DNA from: Bacteroidota bacterium
Lineage (GTDB): Bacteria; Bacteroidota; Bacteroidia; Bacteroidales; SKPS01
Length of the DNA: 64,000 nt
NCBI GenBank assembly: GCA_022709695.1
Contig: JAKLII010000002.1
Coordinates: forward strand, 90,955 to 154,954
Reading direction: 5' to 3'
Positions 1-8,336 of this stretch are shown one piece after another. The position numbers and the translations under genes are program-made. Position 1 is the first letter of the stretch. Each line of letters opens with the position of its first letter. The notes under the pieces were generated by a model. That model searched no databases. It saw only the letters and a program-made list of their open reading frames with translations, and had not been told where the DNA came from.

Positions 1-105
1 CTCGGACTGCTGTTTTGGCTTATCCTGATTCTGTTTCTGGGCTGTGGCTACATTGGTCCATGCCAGCAGACTCATTACCCATACGGCTAAAATTACTGTT
101 TTCAT
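1..105 (-). CDS. Partial CDS (first 35 codons; continues past the left edge): exported protein of unknown function
   Basis: A reverse-strand ATG at 105..103 opens MKTVILAVWVMSLLAWTNVATAQKQNQDKPKQQSE. This is a signal-peptide-like N-terminus, and the frame stays open to the window edge. It is too short to appear in the ORF track. The product cannot be named. Confidence 0.35.
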   Translation of the reverse strand, partial: MKTVILAVWVMSLLAWTNVATAQKQNQDKPKQQSE

Positions 106-110
106 GGTGG

Positions 111-302
111 TTAGTTGTTTAGTTCATTTAACAAACTGTCAGCCTGGTTTTCCAGATTTTCGGAACCCTCAAGGGTTTGTTTGGCCTCCTGACTTACTTC
201 CTCCGTTGCCGGAGTTACTTCAGTTGCCTCTTCATCCGTTTTGCTCCCGTTGCAGGAAACAAAAACAGCAGTGAATACTGCCAAAAGAATTAACTTTTTC
301 AT
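111..302 (-). CDS. Small acidic lipoprotein, unknown function
   Basis: 63-aa ORF. MKKLILLAVFTAVFVSC is a signal peptide with a lipobox Cys. The mature part is short and rich in E/T/Q. No domain recognised. Confidence 0.5.
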   Translation of the reverse strand: MKKLILLAVFTAVFVSCNGSKTDEEATEVTPATEEVSQEAKQTLEGSENLENQADSLLNELNN

Positions 303-416
303 TTTTGTAAGATTTTGTTAAACAATAAATTGACTCTAATTCCCTTTTTTCTAAAGATCCTCTGACCAGCATGGACCGTTGGATCTGATCTCTGACAAAA
401 ATAGGCAATTTCCGGG

Positions 417-1235
417 CTATCCGATAAGTCCGGCAAAAAGAATTATGTCCTTCAGTTCATCAGGCATCGCTTCAGGGGGTGTTCTGAAGAGCCCGAAAAA
501 AGCTGAGCCACTGCCCGTCATACTGGCATACCAGGCTCCGGAGGCATAAAAGTCCTGCAATATCCGGGTTGCCTCAGGGTGCATTTTAAGGGCCACCCTT
601 TCGAAGTCATTTCTCAGGAAAACCGGCCATCGATCTGCAGATAAATACGGAATTCCCCTCAATGGAAGAACAGGGCTGGCAGGATCTATTAACCTGAATG
701 CTTCAGCAGTGGATATACTGAAGTGAGGCTTTGCAATGATCAGGTAGCTTCCATAAATCGGGTTATCAACAGGTTCCATGAGTTCGCCGCGACCGGTTGC
801 CACAACCGGCCTGTTGCGGATAAAGAATGGGCAGTCACTGCCAAGCTCCAGCGCCAGTGCCTCAAGGTCTTCTGCAGTAAGACCGCAGTTAAACAGCCGG
901 TTCAGGGCCGTAAGGGTAAAAGCCCCGTCAGCAGAGCCCCCGCCCATCCCCGAACCCGCGGGTATTTGCTTGTGCAGATGTATCTTTACAGGGCGAATAC
1001 CAAACCCGGAAGCCATCAGCCTGTATGCTTTCACACAAAGATTCGCATCTTCGGAGCCCTGGATTGCAAGGCCTGTGCTTCTGAATTCAAACCCATCCGG
1101 AGCATGGGCAGATACCTCCAGAATGTCATACACCGGCACAGGTACCATTATGGTCTCAAGATTATGGTACCCGTCAGCACGCTTACCGGTAACGAATAAG
1201 CCAAGGTTGATCTTGGCATTGGGAAATACAATCAT
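417..1235 (-). CDS. ispE: 4-diphosphocytidyl-2-C-methyl-D-erythritol kinase (MEP pathway)
   Basis: 272 aa. The N-terminus FPNAKINLGLFVTGKRADGYHNLETI and the GHMP-kinase loop IPAGSGMGGGSADGA are typical of IspE. Confidence 0.9.
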   Translation of the reverse strand: MIVFPNAKINLGLFVTGKRADGYHNLETIMVPVPVYDILEVSAHAPDGFEFRSTGLAIQGSEDANLCVKAYRLMASGFGIRPVKIHLHKQIPAGSGMGGGSADGAFTLTALNRLFNCGLTAEDLEALALELGSDCPFFIRNRPVVATGRGELMEPVDNPIYGSYLIIAKPHFSISTAEAFRLIDPASPVLPLRGIPYLSADRWPVFLRNDFERVALKMHPEATRILQDFYASGAWYASMTGSGSAFFGLFRTPPEAMPDELKDIILFAGLIG

Positions 1236-1307
1236 ACCGCTGAATCTGCTGACAAAAATAATTAAAACCCCACCCCTTCACAAATGTAAGGTATAAGGAA
1301 ATTTGGA

Positions 1308-1315
1308 TATATTTG
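1308..1315 (+). promoter_or_regulatory. Candidate Bacteroidota -7 promoter box (TATATTTG) for the GH3-family gene
   Basis: Exact match to TAnnTTTG, 18 nt upstream of ATG 1333. No clear -33 TTTG at the canonical spacing. Confidence 0.35.
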
Positions 1316-1332
1316 CTGAAACAACAAGCAGC

Positions 1333-2841
1333 ATGCCTATCCTGAATGCCGTACTGTCATGGTTCATGAAGAAGAGAATGCACCAGATTGATCTCTTCCT
1401 CAAATACCCTGTTGAGGTTCAGCTTGAATGGATGAAAAAACTGATGCAAAGAGCCGCATTCACTGAATGGGGACAGAAATATGAATTCAGCTCCGTCGAA
1501 ACCCCGGATACCTATAAGAACAGGGTTCCTCTGCAGGATTATAACCAGATACAACCTTACATCGACAGAATCAGAAAAGGTGAACAGAACATTCTCTGGC
1601 CTGCAAAAATTGTCTGGTTCGCCAGGTCATCCGGAACAACCGGCAGTAAGAGCAAATATATACCCGTCAGCAATGAAGCACTGGAAGAGTGCCACTTCAA
1701 GGGGGGCAAAGATCTGCTGAGCATCTATTGCAACAACAACCCCGACACCAGAATATTCGACGGAAAAACCCTTGGGCTGGGCGGTACACATGACTACAGC
1801 TCTGAAAAGCCGGGTCCCTATCATGGTGATGTCTCAGCTGTAATCATGCAGAATCTCCCGTTCTGGTTTGAACTGATCAGGACCCCGGACCTGACAACTG
1901 CCCTGATGGAGGACTGGGAGCAAAAACTGCTGCGGATTGCTGAAATCACCAGTCAGGAAAATGTTACCATCATTTCAGGGGTTCCAAGCTGGATGCTGCT
2001 GCTGTTGAATAAGGTGATGGAGATCAATGGAACAGACCTGATTGAGAAAATATGGCCTAACCTCGAAATGTTTGCCCATGGGGGTGTGAATTTTACTCCC
2101 TATAAGGATAAATTCAGGTCCATCTGCCCCGGAAGCATGAATTATATCGAAACCTACAACGCTTCAGAAGGATTCTTCGGTATTCAGGACAGTAACCAGG
2201 CAGATGATATGTTGCTGATGCTCGATTATGGTATCTTCTATGAATTCATCCCCCTTGATACAGCCAATGATGAATATCCTGATACCATCTGGCTCGATCA
2301 GGTCGAAACGGATGTGCCCTATGCGATGGTCATCACAACCAACTCAGGATTATGGAGATACCGGATCGGGGATGTGGTTACCTTCACTTCCCTGAATCCT
2401 TTCCGGATCAGGATCCTGGGGAGAACCAGAAGCTTCATCAATGCCTTCGGAGAAGAACTCATGGTGGAAAATGCAGAAAAAGCCATGAAAGCCGCATGCC
2501 TTGCCACCAATGCCTCAGTGATGGAATTTACGGCTGCTCCGGTTTACCTCAATGGCAATGAATCCGGTGCCCATCAGTGGATCATTGAGTTTAGCAAAGA
2601 ACCCGCTGACCTCGGGAAATTTACCCTTGAACTTGACCGCTCACTGCAGAACCTGAACTCAGATTACGAAGCAAAAAGATATAAGGACCTGATCCTTGGA
2701 CTACCACAGATCATCAAAGCACCCCAGGGTACCTTTTACCGGTGGATGAAACAAAAAGGGAAGCTGGGCGGACAGCACAAGGTTCCGCGGCTTCACAACA
2801 ACAGACTCTATGTGGATGAAATCATTCATATGCTTGGTTAA
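1333..2841 (+). CDS. GH3-family acyl-acid amido synthetase-like protein ('GH3 auxin-responsive promoter' family)
   Basis: The ORF opens at TTG 1303, but ATG 1333 (MPILNAVLSWFMKKR...) follows the -7 box. It carries the adenylation-type motif SSGTTGSKSKYIPV. The ~500-aa length and the FYEFIP / RYRIGD blocks fit the GH3 family as annotated in Bacteroidota. Confidence 0.75.
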   Translation: MPILNAVLSWFMKKRMHQIDLFLKYPVEVQLEWMKKLMQRAAFTEWGQKYEFSSVETPDTYKNRVPLQDYNQIQPYIDRIRKGEQNILWPAKIVWFARSSGTTGSKSKYIPVSNEALEECHFKGGKDLLSIYCNNNPDTRIFDGKTLGLGGTHDYSSEKPGPYHGDVSAVIMQNLPFWFELIRTPDLTTALMEDWEQKLLRIAEITSQENVTIISGVPSWMLLLLNKVMEINGTDLIEKIWPNLEMFAHGGVNFTPYKDKFRSICPGSMNYIETYNASEGFFGIQDSNQADDMLLMLDYGIFYEFIPLDTANDEYPDTIWLDQVETDVPYAMVITTNSGLWRYRIGDVVTFTSLNPFRIRILGRTRSFINAFGEELMVENAEKAMKAACLATNASVMEFTAAPVYLNGNESGAHQWIIEFSKEPADLGKFTLELDRSLQNLNSDYEAKRYKDLILGLPQIIKAPQGTFYRWMKQKGKLGGQHKVPRLHNNRLYVDEIIHMLG

Positions 2842-2857
2842 TGCTGTATGGCTCATC

Positions 2858-3628
2858 ATGTGCCCCCTCAGGGTGATGCAGGATGATCTCACACTTGCGT
2901 TGAGAATCCCGCTGAACTTTGATTTTATTGCAGCAGACCATCTGGGTAACCTCTACACGATCAGGGGAAATACCCTTTCGAAATATAACGATAAAGGGGT
3001 AAAGACCGCTGAATTTACAGACCGGACCGTGATCAGTCTCTCTTCTGCGGATGTGTCAGACCCCCTGAAAATACTTCTCTTCTCCAAAGAAACATCAGAA
3101 ATAAAAAGGGTTGACAATCAGCTTTCTCCACAGGGAAATACACTGAACCTTCATAACCTCGGACTGTTTGCCCCTACCCTTGTGTGCAATTCCTACGAAA
3201 ACGGATGCTGGGTCCTCGACCAAACCCTGTTTGAACTTGTCCGGGTAAACCATCAGGGTATTATTGATCAGCGGACAGGCTCTCTTCTGAACCTTTCAAC
3301 CAATCCTCCCCTCATCTCCCGGATTATTGAACATGACCGCTTCCTGTATGCCATTATCAGAAATTACGGCGTTTGGAAATTCGACCGTTATGGTAACTTT
3401 GCAGGCAGGATTCCATTACCCCCGGATTTTACCGACTGCTGGATCCTTCAAAACCGGATGGCATACACCCAAAACAACAACCTCGTGTTCTTCGACCCCG
3501 CCAGGAATGTTGGCAGGACTGTCGAAATCCCCGTTAAAAACCCGTCATCCGTTCAGCTGGATGCCAATAAATTGCTGATTTCCACCCCTGATACCCTGCT
3601 TGTCTATCAATTCAACAACCCCCAATGA
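2858..3628 (+). CDS. Hypothetical protein (beta-rich, no signal peptide)
   Basis: The ORF opens at 2810 inside the GH3 gene. The first in-frame ATG after the GH3 stop is 2858, with an alternative at 2876. No domain recognised. Its stop overlaps the next start in an ATGA at 3625-3628, which suggests translational coupling. Confidence 0.55.
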   Translation: MCPLRVMQDDLTLALRIPLNFDFIAADHLGNLYTIRGNTLSKYNDKGVKTAEFTDRTVISLSSADVSDPLKILLFSKETSEIKRVDNQLSPQGNTLNLHNLGLFAPTLVCNSYENGCWVLDQTLFELVRVNHQGIIDQRTGSLLNLSTNPPLISRIIEHDRFLYAIIRNYGVWKFDRYGNFAGRIPLPPDFTDCWILQNRMAYTQNNNLVFFDPARNVGRTVEIPVKNPSSVQLDANKLLISTPDTLLVYQFNNPQ

Positions 3629-4257
3629 ACCCTCCCTTTCATATTGCAATTGCCGGAAATATAGGATCCGGAAAAACAACCCTTACAAGGCTCCTGGCAA
3701 AACACTTCAAATGGGATCCCCATTATGAAGATGTCGATAACAACCCCTATCTGGAGAACTTTTACGAAGACATGAGGCGCTGGTCGTTCAACCTCCAGAT
3801 TTACTTCCTTACCCAGCGGTTTAAACAGATCATTGATATCAGAAAAGGGAAAAAAAGCATCGTGCAGGATCGCACGATTTATGAAGATGCCTTCATCTTT
3901 GCACCTAACCTCCACGAAATGGGGCTTATGCGAACCCAGGACTTCGAAAGCTACATCTCCCTGTTTGAATTGGTAAACCAGTTTATCCAGCCTCCTGATC
4001 TCCTTATCTACTTGAGAGCCAGTGTACCTACGCTGGTCAGGCAAATTCAGGCCCGGGGGCGGGAATATGAAAACTCCATCCGTATCGACTACCTGAAAAG
4101 CCTGAATGAGAAATATGAAAAATGGATCGAAAACTATACAGGCGGCAGGTTGATTATCTTTGAGGTGGATCAGCTGGATATTCCGGGAAAACCGGAACAC
4201 CTTGGGGTTGTGATTGAAAAAATTCAGGCTGAACTGTTCGGACTGTTTGAAAAATGA
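3625..4257 (+). CDS. Deoxynucleoside kinase (dCK/dGK family)
   Basis: 210 aa with the P-loop IAIAGNIGSGKTT. The motifs NPYLENFYEDMRRWSFNLQIYFL and VQDRTIYED are typical of bacterial deoxyadenosine/deoxyguanosine kinases. Confidence 0.85.
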   Translation: MNPPFHIAIAGNIGSGKTTLTRLLAKHFKWDPHYEDVDNNPYLENFYEDMRRWSFNLQIYFLTQRFKQIIDIRKGKKSIVQDRTIYEDAFIFAPNLHEMGLMRTQDFESYISLFELVNQFIQPPDLLIYLRASVPTLVRQIQARGREYENSIRIDYLKSLNEKYEKWIENYTGGRLIIFEVDQLDIPGKPEHLGVVIEKIQAELFGLFEK

Positions 4258-5012
4258 AAGAGCCACTGCGTATCCTGGGAATCATTCCGGCCAGGTTTGC
4301 TTCAACCCGCTTTCCGGGCAAACCCCTTGCGGATATCCTCGGAAAATCGATGATTGAACGGGTGTACACTCAGGCCACAAAAGCGTCTGCATTGTCGGAA
4401 GTGGTGGTTGCCACCGACGACAAAAGGATTTTTACCCACGTGCAAAGCTTCGGCGGTAAAGGCGTTATGACTTCACACGATCACATGACCGGAACCGACC
4501 GCTGCCATGAGGTCATCACCCAGTTGCCCTGGAGTGCATTCGATGTGATTGTCAACATCCAGGGGGACGAGCCCCTTATCGACCCTGAACAGATCGACCT
4601 GCTCGCCTCACTCTTTCAGGATCCACAGGTGAAAATCGGAACACTGATCAGGCCCCTATCCAATCCTGAACATCTGGATAACCCCAATGTGGTGAAAGTG
4701 ACCAGGGGGTTGAACCACCGTGCTGCATGGTTCTCCCGTTCCCCGATTCCGTTTATACGCAATTACCCGAAAAATGAATGGCTGAATCATCACCAATTCT
4801 ATGAACATATCGGTATGTACGGTTTTACCCGGGATGCACTCACCAGAGTTGCTGCCCTCGGCCCAAGCATGAATGAGACCGCCGAGTCTCTTGAACAGCT
4901 TCGCTGGCTCGACCATGGTTTTGCCATTCATATCGCCATCTCCAACCACCTGTCATGCAGCGTTGATACCCCTGAAGACCTTGAAAAAGTAACCTCAATA
5001 CTCAACCGTTAA
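4254..5012 (+). CDS. kdsB: 3-deoxy-manno-octulosonate cytidylyltransferase (CMP-Kdo synthetase)
   Basis: 252 aa. IIPARFASTRFPGKPLADILGKSMI, VNIQGDEPLI, HIGMYGF and SVDTPEDLEKV align closely with E. coli KdsB as I recall it. Confidence 0.9.
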   Translation: MKEPLRILGIIPARFASTRFPGKPLADILGKSMIERVYTQATKASALSEVVVATDDKRIFTHVQSFGGKGVMTSHDHMTGTDRCHEVITQLPWSAFDVIVNIQGDEPLIDPEQIDLLASLFQDPQVKIGTLIRPLSNPEHLDNPNVVKVTRGLNHRAAWFSRSPIPFIRNYPKNEWLNHHQFYEHIGMYGFTRDALTRVAALGPSMNETAESLEQLRWLDHGFAIHIAISNHLSCSVDTPEDLEKVTSILNR

Positions 5013-5050
5013 GTTACCCTGCCTCCTTTACATCAGAAAAATACCCCGCA

Positions 5051-6097
5051 ATGGAAATCACCAGGTATATCGCAGAAATGCTGTTCCTTCGCGAATCAGT
5101 AATACTTCCCGGCTTCGGGGAATTGAAAACCAGTGTAAAAAACCCCGGAATCCTTGCGGAAGGCAGCCTCACCCCTCCAGGGAAATCCGTTTCATTCAAT
5201 CCGTCGGTGAAAGCCAACGACTATGTGCTTGCCCGTTTTATAGCAGAAAAAGAGGGTATTTCAATTTCTCAGGGAAATGAGAAGCTGAGAAACCTGGTAG
5301 TGGAAATGATGGAAACGCTTGAGAAGAATGGTGACTTCACCCTTGCAGGCATTGGCAGTTTTTCACTAGACGAACGTAACTCTTTGTCTTTCATGGCTGA
5401 TCCGGAGGCAAACTTCGATCTGTCAACCTATGGCCTTGGAAGGATCAACCCGATAGAGCCCGCAGGCCAACCCGGTAGTGTATCCTCTAAAACCGTGACA
5501 GACAAAGAATCCCCCGAAACTCCTGCCGGCAGCGAACCTTTGTCTGAAGAAATTCCGGTAGCCCGGCAGCGAAAAAGACGCTGGATCTGGGTTTCCATCG
5601 TGGCAATCCTGATTGCCGGCGCTGGAACCATTGGTTACCTTTATCCTGATTACTTCACCTCGGCATGGTCACATATTTCCGAAAAACTGAACCTCAATCA
5701 GAATACCCCTGCAACTGAAACCCAGCCTGCTCCTGCTGATATCCCTGCCAGCAAACCTCAGGAAATGGAAAGCCCTGCAGATTCGACAGATGCCATCTCC
5801 CCTGATTCTGTTGAACCGGCATCTGATGCCGGGGTACAGGCACAGGCTGTCCAACCAGCAGGCACAGGTGACTTTATGATCGTGGCAGGCTGCTTCGGCA
5901 AAGAAGCCAATGCCGAAAAACTGGTAAACCAGCTTCGTGACAAAGGGTTTGCCAATGCTGCCATTGAAGGAAAAACCTCCTCCGGTCTCTTCAGGGTCTC
6001 TGCAGGATCCTTCGCCACACGCGAAGATGCAGAGAAAAGCCTGCAGGAAGCCCATGCCAGAAATGAACTGAAAAATGCCTGGGTTGGAAAGAAATAA
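5051..6097 (+). CDS. SPOR domain protein with an N-terminal HU-like (CCDC81-type) domain
   Basis: N-terminal HU-like repeats (ILPGFGELK..., LAGIGSFSLD). One TM segment (WIWVSIVAILIAGAGTIGYL). A P/A/E-rich linker. A C-terminal SPOR motif (FMIVAGCFGKEANAEKLVNQLRDKGF...FRVSAGSFATREDAEKSL). Confidence 0.7.
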   Translation: MEITRYIAEMLFLRESVILPGFGELKTSVKNPGILAEGSLTPPGKSVSFNPSVKANDYVLARFIAEKEGISISQGNEKLRNLVVEMMETLEKNGDFTLAGIGSFSLDERNSLSFMADPEANFDLSTYGLGRINPIEPAGQPGSVSSKTVTDKESPETPAGSEPLSEEIPVARQRKRRWIWVSIVAILIAGAGTIGYLYPDYFTSAWSHISEKLNLNQNTPATETQPAPADIPASKPQEMESPADSTDAISPDSVEPASDAGVQAQAVQPAGTGDFMIVAGCFGKEANAEKLVNQLRDKGFANAAIEGKTSSGLFRVSAGSFATREDAEKSLQEAHARNELKNAWVGKK

Positions 6098-7034
6098 TAC
6101 ACCCCTGTTTGTGCTGAGGCAAATACACCTGCTTGTTTGCCTTGCCCTTTTCGCATACCTTAACCTGATTTCGTTGCCTCAGAGTCCGGCTCAGACAACA
6201 GATGACCGAGCAGATCAGGCAAATCAAAAAATAAGAAATCCGGTACGAGCCTTGAGTGATCATGACCTGCCTTCACCTGAGTTTCTCACAGACTCCGACA
6301 GCATCCCTTTCAGGCCAGGGTTCCGGATGGCAGCCCCGAAAACAGCCTTCAGACTCACCGGCGGTTACAGACGATATTACCTTAACTCCCCGATCATCTC
6401 AGAATGCCTATGTAACCTCCCCTTCACAAAGGATATGATCAGCCCCTTTTTCCTGAGGGTCTCCGCCGAAGCAAAGCTATACATGAAATATACCTTATCC
6501 GACTCCCTTTCCAATACCCTGAACTGCAACCTGAAAGCGCGCTCCGACAGGCATCTTCAGCGCCAGTGGGTAAATTACCTTTTGGGTAATTTTATACTCG
6601 GAACCGGACCGGAGAATGTGTTGTTTCCCCCGGAAACATCGGCAAGCCAAGCCATTAAAAAGTCAAGGCTGATGCGGAAAACCCTCAGGGAATACATGGC
6701 CGGCCGCAAAGACACCCTCTTCGACCCTTACCCCTTCCGCGCCCATTTCGGCCCTGTCGAAACCATCCTCATGACCTTACACCCAACTGGCATTGAACAT
6801 TTTACAGGATCCTTTGAGGGCGCCATCCAAAAAACGTCCGACTCAACCTGGCGTATGACTGTTATCAATATCACCAGTGTGACCTCCGGTGACCTGTATT
6901 CAGCTTTTATAAAGCCCTCCTCCTGGCTGAAATCCTTCCCCAGATCCAAAGCACCACATCCCTATGGGAATATCATGCAGGTCTTCCAGCTTAACTTCAA
7001 CGAACACGAACTAAGGAAACTTGCACGGTTATAA
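6075..7034 (+). CDS. Hypothetical, probably exported protein
   Basis: 319-aa ORF that fills the gap between the SPOR gene and trmB. The hydrophobic N-terminus is LLVCLALFAYLNLISLPQSPAQ. The start is uncertain: ATG 6075 overlaps the upstream gene by 23 nt, and GTG 6111 is in frame. No domain recognised. Confidence 0.5.
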   Translation: MPGLERNNTPLFVLRQIHLLVCLALFAYLNLISLPQSPAQTTDDRADQANQKIRNPVRALSDHDLPSPEFLTDSDSIPFRPGFRMAAPKTAFRLTGGYRRYYLNSPIISECLCNLPFTKDMISPFFLRVSAEAKLYMKYTLSDSLSNTLNCNLKARSDRHLQRQWVNYLLGNFILGTGPENVLFPPETSASQAIKKSRLMRKTLREYMAGRKDTLFDPYPFRAHFGPVETILMTLHPTGIEHFTGSFEGAIQKTSDSTWRMTVINITSVTSGDLYSAFIKPSSWLKSFPRSKAPHPYGNIMQVFQLNFNEHELRKLARL

Positions 7035-7098
7035 AATTGATCAGATCTTTACAGCCCGCAAACATCATCCGAAGGGTACGCTAACCTCTGAATCAGGT

Positions 7099-7782
7099 AT
7101 GGGAAAAAAGAAAAAGCTGGCCAGATTTGCAGAAAACGAGACTTTCCCCAATATGTTCCAGTTGTCATTCGAAGAACTGGATTCTGCAGGTTTCCCCTTA
7201 AAAGGGCAATGGAAAGATCGCTTCTTTAAAAACCAGAACCCCCTGGTCCTTGAACTTGGATGCGGAAAAGGGGAATATTCGGTGGGCCTGGCCAGAGCAT
7301 TTCCCGGGAAGAATTTTATTGGATTGGATATCAAAGGGGCCAGAATGTGGAAAGGGTGCAAAATCTCACAGGAAGAAAAAATGCCCAATGTGGCCTTTGT
7401 AAGGACCCGGATTGAGTTGATCTGTCATTTCTTTGACAAAGAAGAAGTTGACGAGATCTGGATCACATTTCCTGATCCCCAGCCCAGGCAATCAAGGGAG
7501 AAAAAACGCCTTACATCCCCCGTCTTCCTTGACCGGTACCGCCAACTCGGTTCCCGTAATTGCCTGATCCATCTTAAAACCGACAGCGATCTGCTTTTCG
7601 GATATACCATGCAGGTAATTGAAAACCAGCAACTGGAGATACACCAAAAGATCAATAACCTGTATAATGATCCCATGGATGGCCCTGTAAAAGAGATTAA
7701 AACACACTACGAAAAAATATGGCTGGAGCAGGGGCTCACAATCAAATATCTCTGCTTCTCACTTTTCTCAAACCATGCATGA
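7099..7782 (+). CDS. trmB: tRNA (guanine46-N7)-methyltransferase
   Basis: SAM-binding motifs LELGCGKGEY and FIGLDIKG, plus ITFPDPQPR and HLKTDS. I set the start at ATG 7099 (MGKKKKLARF) rather than the ORF opening at 7021, which overlaps the upstream gene. Confidence 0.85.
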   Translation: MGKKKKLARFAENETFPNMFQLSFEELDSAGFPLKGQWKDRFFKNQNPLVLELGCGKGEYSVGLARAFPGKNFIGLDIKGARMWKGCKISQEEKMPNVAFVRTRIELICHFFDKEEVDEIWITFPDPQPRQSREKKRLTSPVFLDRYRQLGSRNCLIHLKTDSDLLFGYTMQVIENQQLEIHQKINNLYNDPMDGPVKEIKTHYEKIWLEQGLTIKYLCFSLFSNHA

Positions 7783-8116
7783 CCAGAATTTCTTCGAAAA
7801 AGTCTGGTGGGTAGCCGGTCAGATCCCCTATGGCAGGGTTACCAGCTATGGTGCCATTGCTTCCTTCCTTTCCGCTGGCAGCGCAGCAAGAATGGTAGGG
7901 TGGGCTATGAATGCCTCCCACACCTCCCGTATCCAAATCCCGGCTCATCGTGTGGTGAACCGGTCTGGAATGCTAACCGGGAAACACCATTTCGGACACC
8001 CCGACCTGATGCAGCAACTTCTTGAAAACGAAGGAATTTCTGTAGTCAATGACCGGATCGTTGACTTCAAACGCCTGTTCTGGAATCCTGCTGACCATCT
8101 GGTATTTCCTTTCTGA
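7775..8116 (+). CDS. Alkyltransferase-like (ATL) protein: MGMT-fold DNA-binding domain without the catalytic Cys
   Basis: 113 aa. It has the MGMT C-terminal domain pattern (GQIPYGRVTSYGAIA ... IQIPAHRVVNRSGMLTG). The PCHRV active-site motif reads PAHRV here. It overlaps the trmB stop by 8 nt. Confidence 0.7.
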   Translation: MHDQNFFEKVWWVAGQIPYGRVTSYGAIASFLSAGSAARMVGWAMNASHTSRIQIPAHRVVNRSGMLTGKHHFGHPDLMQQLLENEGISVVNDRIVDFKRLFWNPADHLVFPF

Positions 8117-8120
8117 ATAT

Positions 8121-8151
8121 TTTGCCTTTCCGGAACTTATCCATATATTTG
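8121..8151 (+). promoter_or_regulatory. Bacteroidota-type promoter: -33 TTTG (8121-8124), 19-nt spacer, -7 TATATTTG (8144-8151)
   Basis: Both consensus elements are present at canonical spacing. It sits about 185 nt upstream of the tryptophanase-type gene and directly after the ATL stop. Confidence 0.5.
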
Positions 8152-8336
8152 CACCGTCTGAGCTACTGATGATTAGTGATGAACAGGATCCATCCATTGA
8201 TATGATGACACTGAATATTTTCGCATCTCTGAGATACCTGAATATTAAAAACCGGGATGAATTCTCCCGATCATAGCCCCTTCACCCTATTTTTCCTTTC
8301 TTTCATCACAAACATTAATTCAAAATTTAAAGTCAG

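Noticed and set aside
723-1296. Two long ORFs (158 and 172 aa) on the plus strand, antisense to ispE
   Set aside because: They lie entirely within a gene that has clear IspE motifs on the other strand. Their products are Arg/Ser/Pro-rich with no recognisable motif. This is typical shadow-ORF behaviour.
3607-4266. 219-aa ORF antisense to the deoxynucleoside kinase gene
   Set aside because: The plus-strand frame has a P-loop and dNK motifs. The antisense product has no features. It is a shadow ORF.
5669-6263. Three overlapping minus-strand ORFs (90-132 aa) across the SPOR gene's 3' half
   Set aside because: They run antisense to the SPOR-domain coding sequence. Their products are Cys/Arg/Phe-rich and low in information, and no promoter or terminator context supports them.
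8168-8276. Small ORF (MISDEQDPSIDMMTLNIFASLRYLNIKNRDEFSRS) in the leader of the tryptophanase-type gene, considered as a TnaC-like regulatory peptide
   Set aside because: It has no Trp codon, no Pro-stop arrest context like TnaC, and no obvious Rho-utilisation or terminator structure after it. It may be coincidental. I kept it only as part of the long-leader observation.
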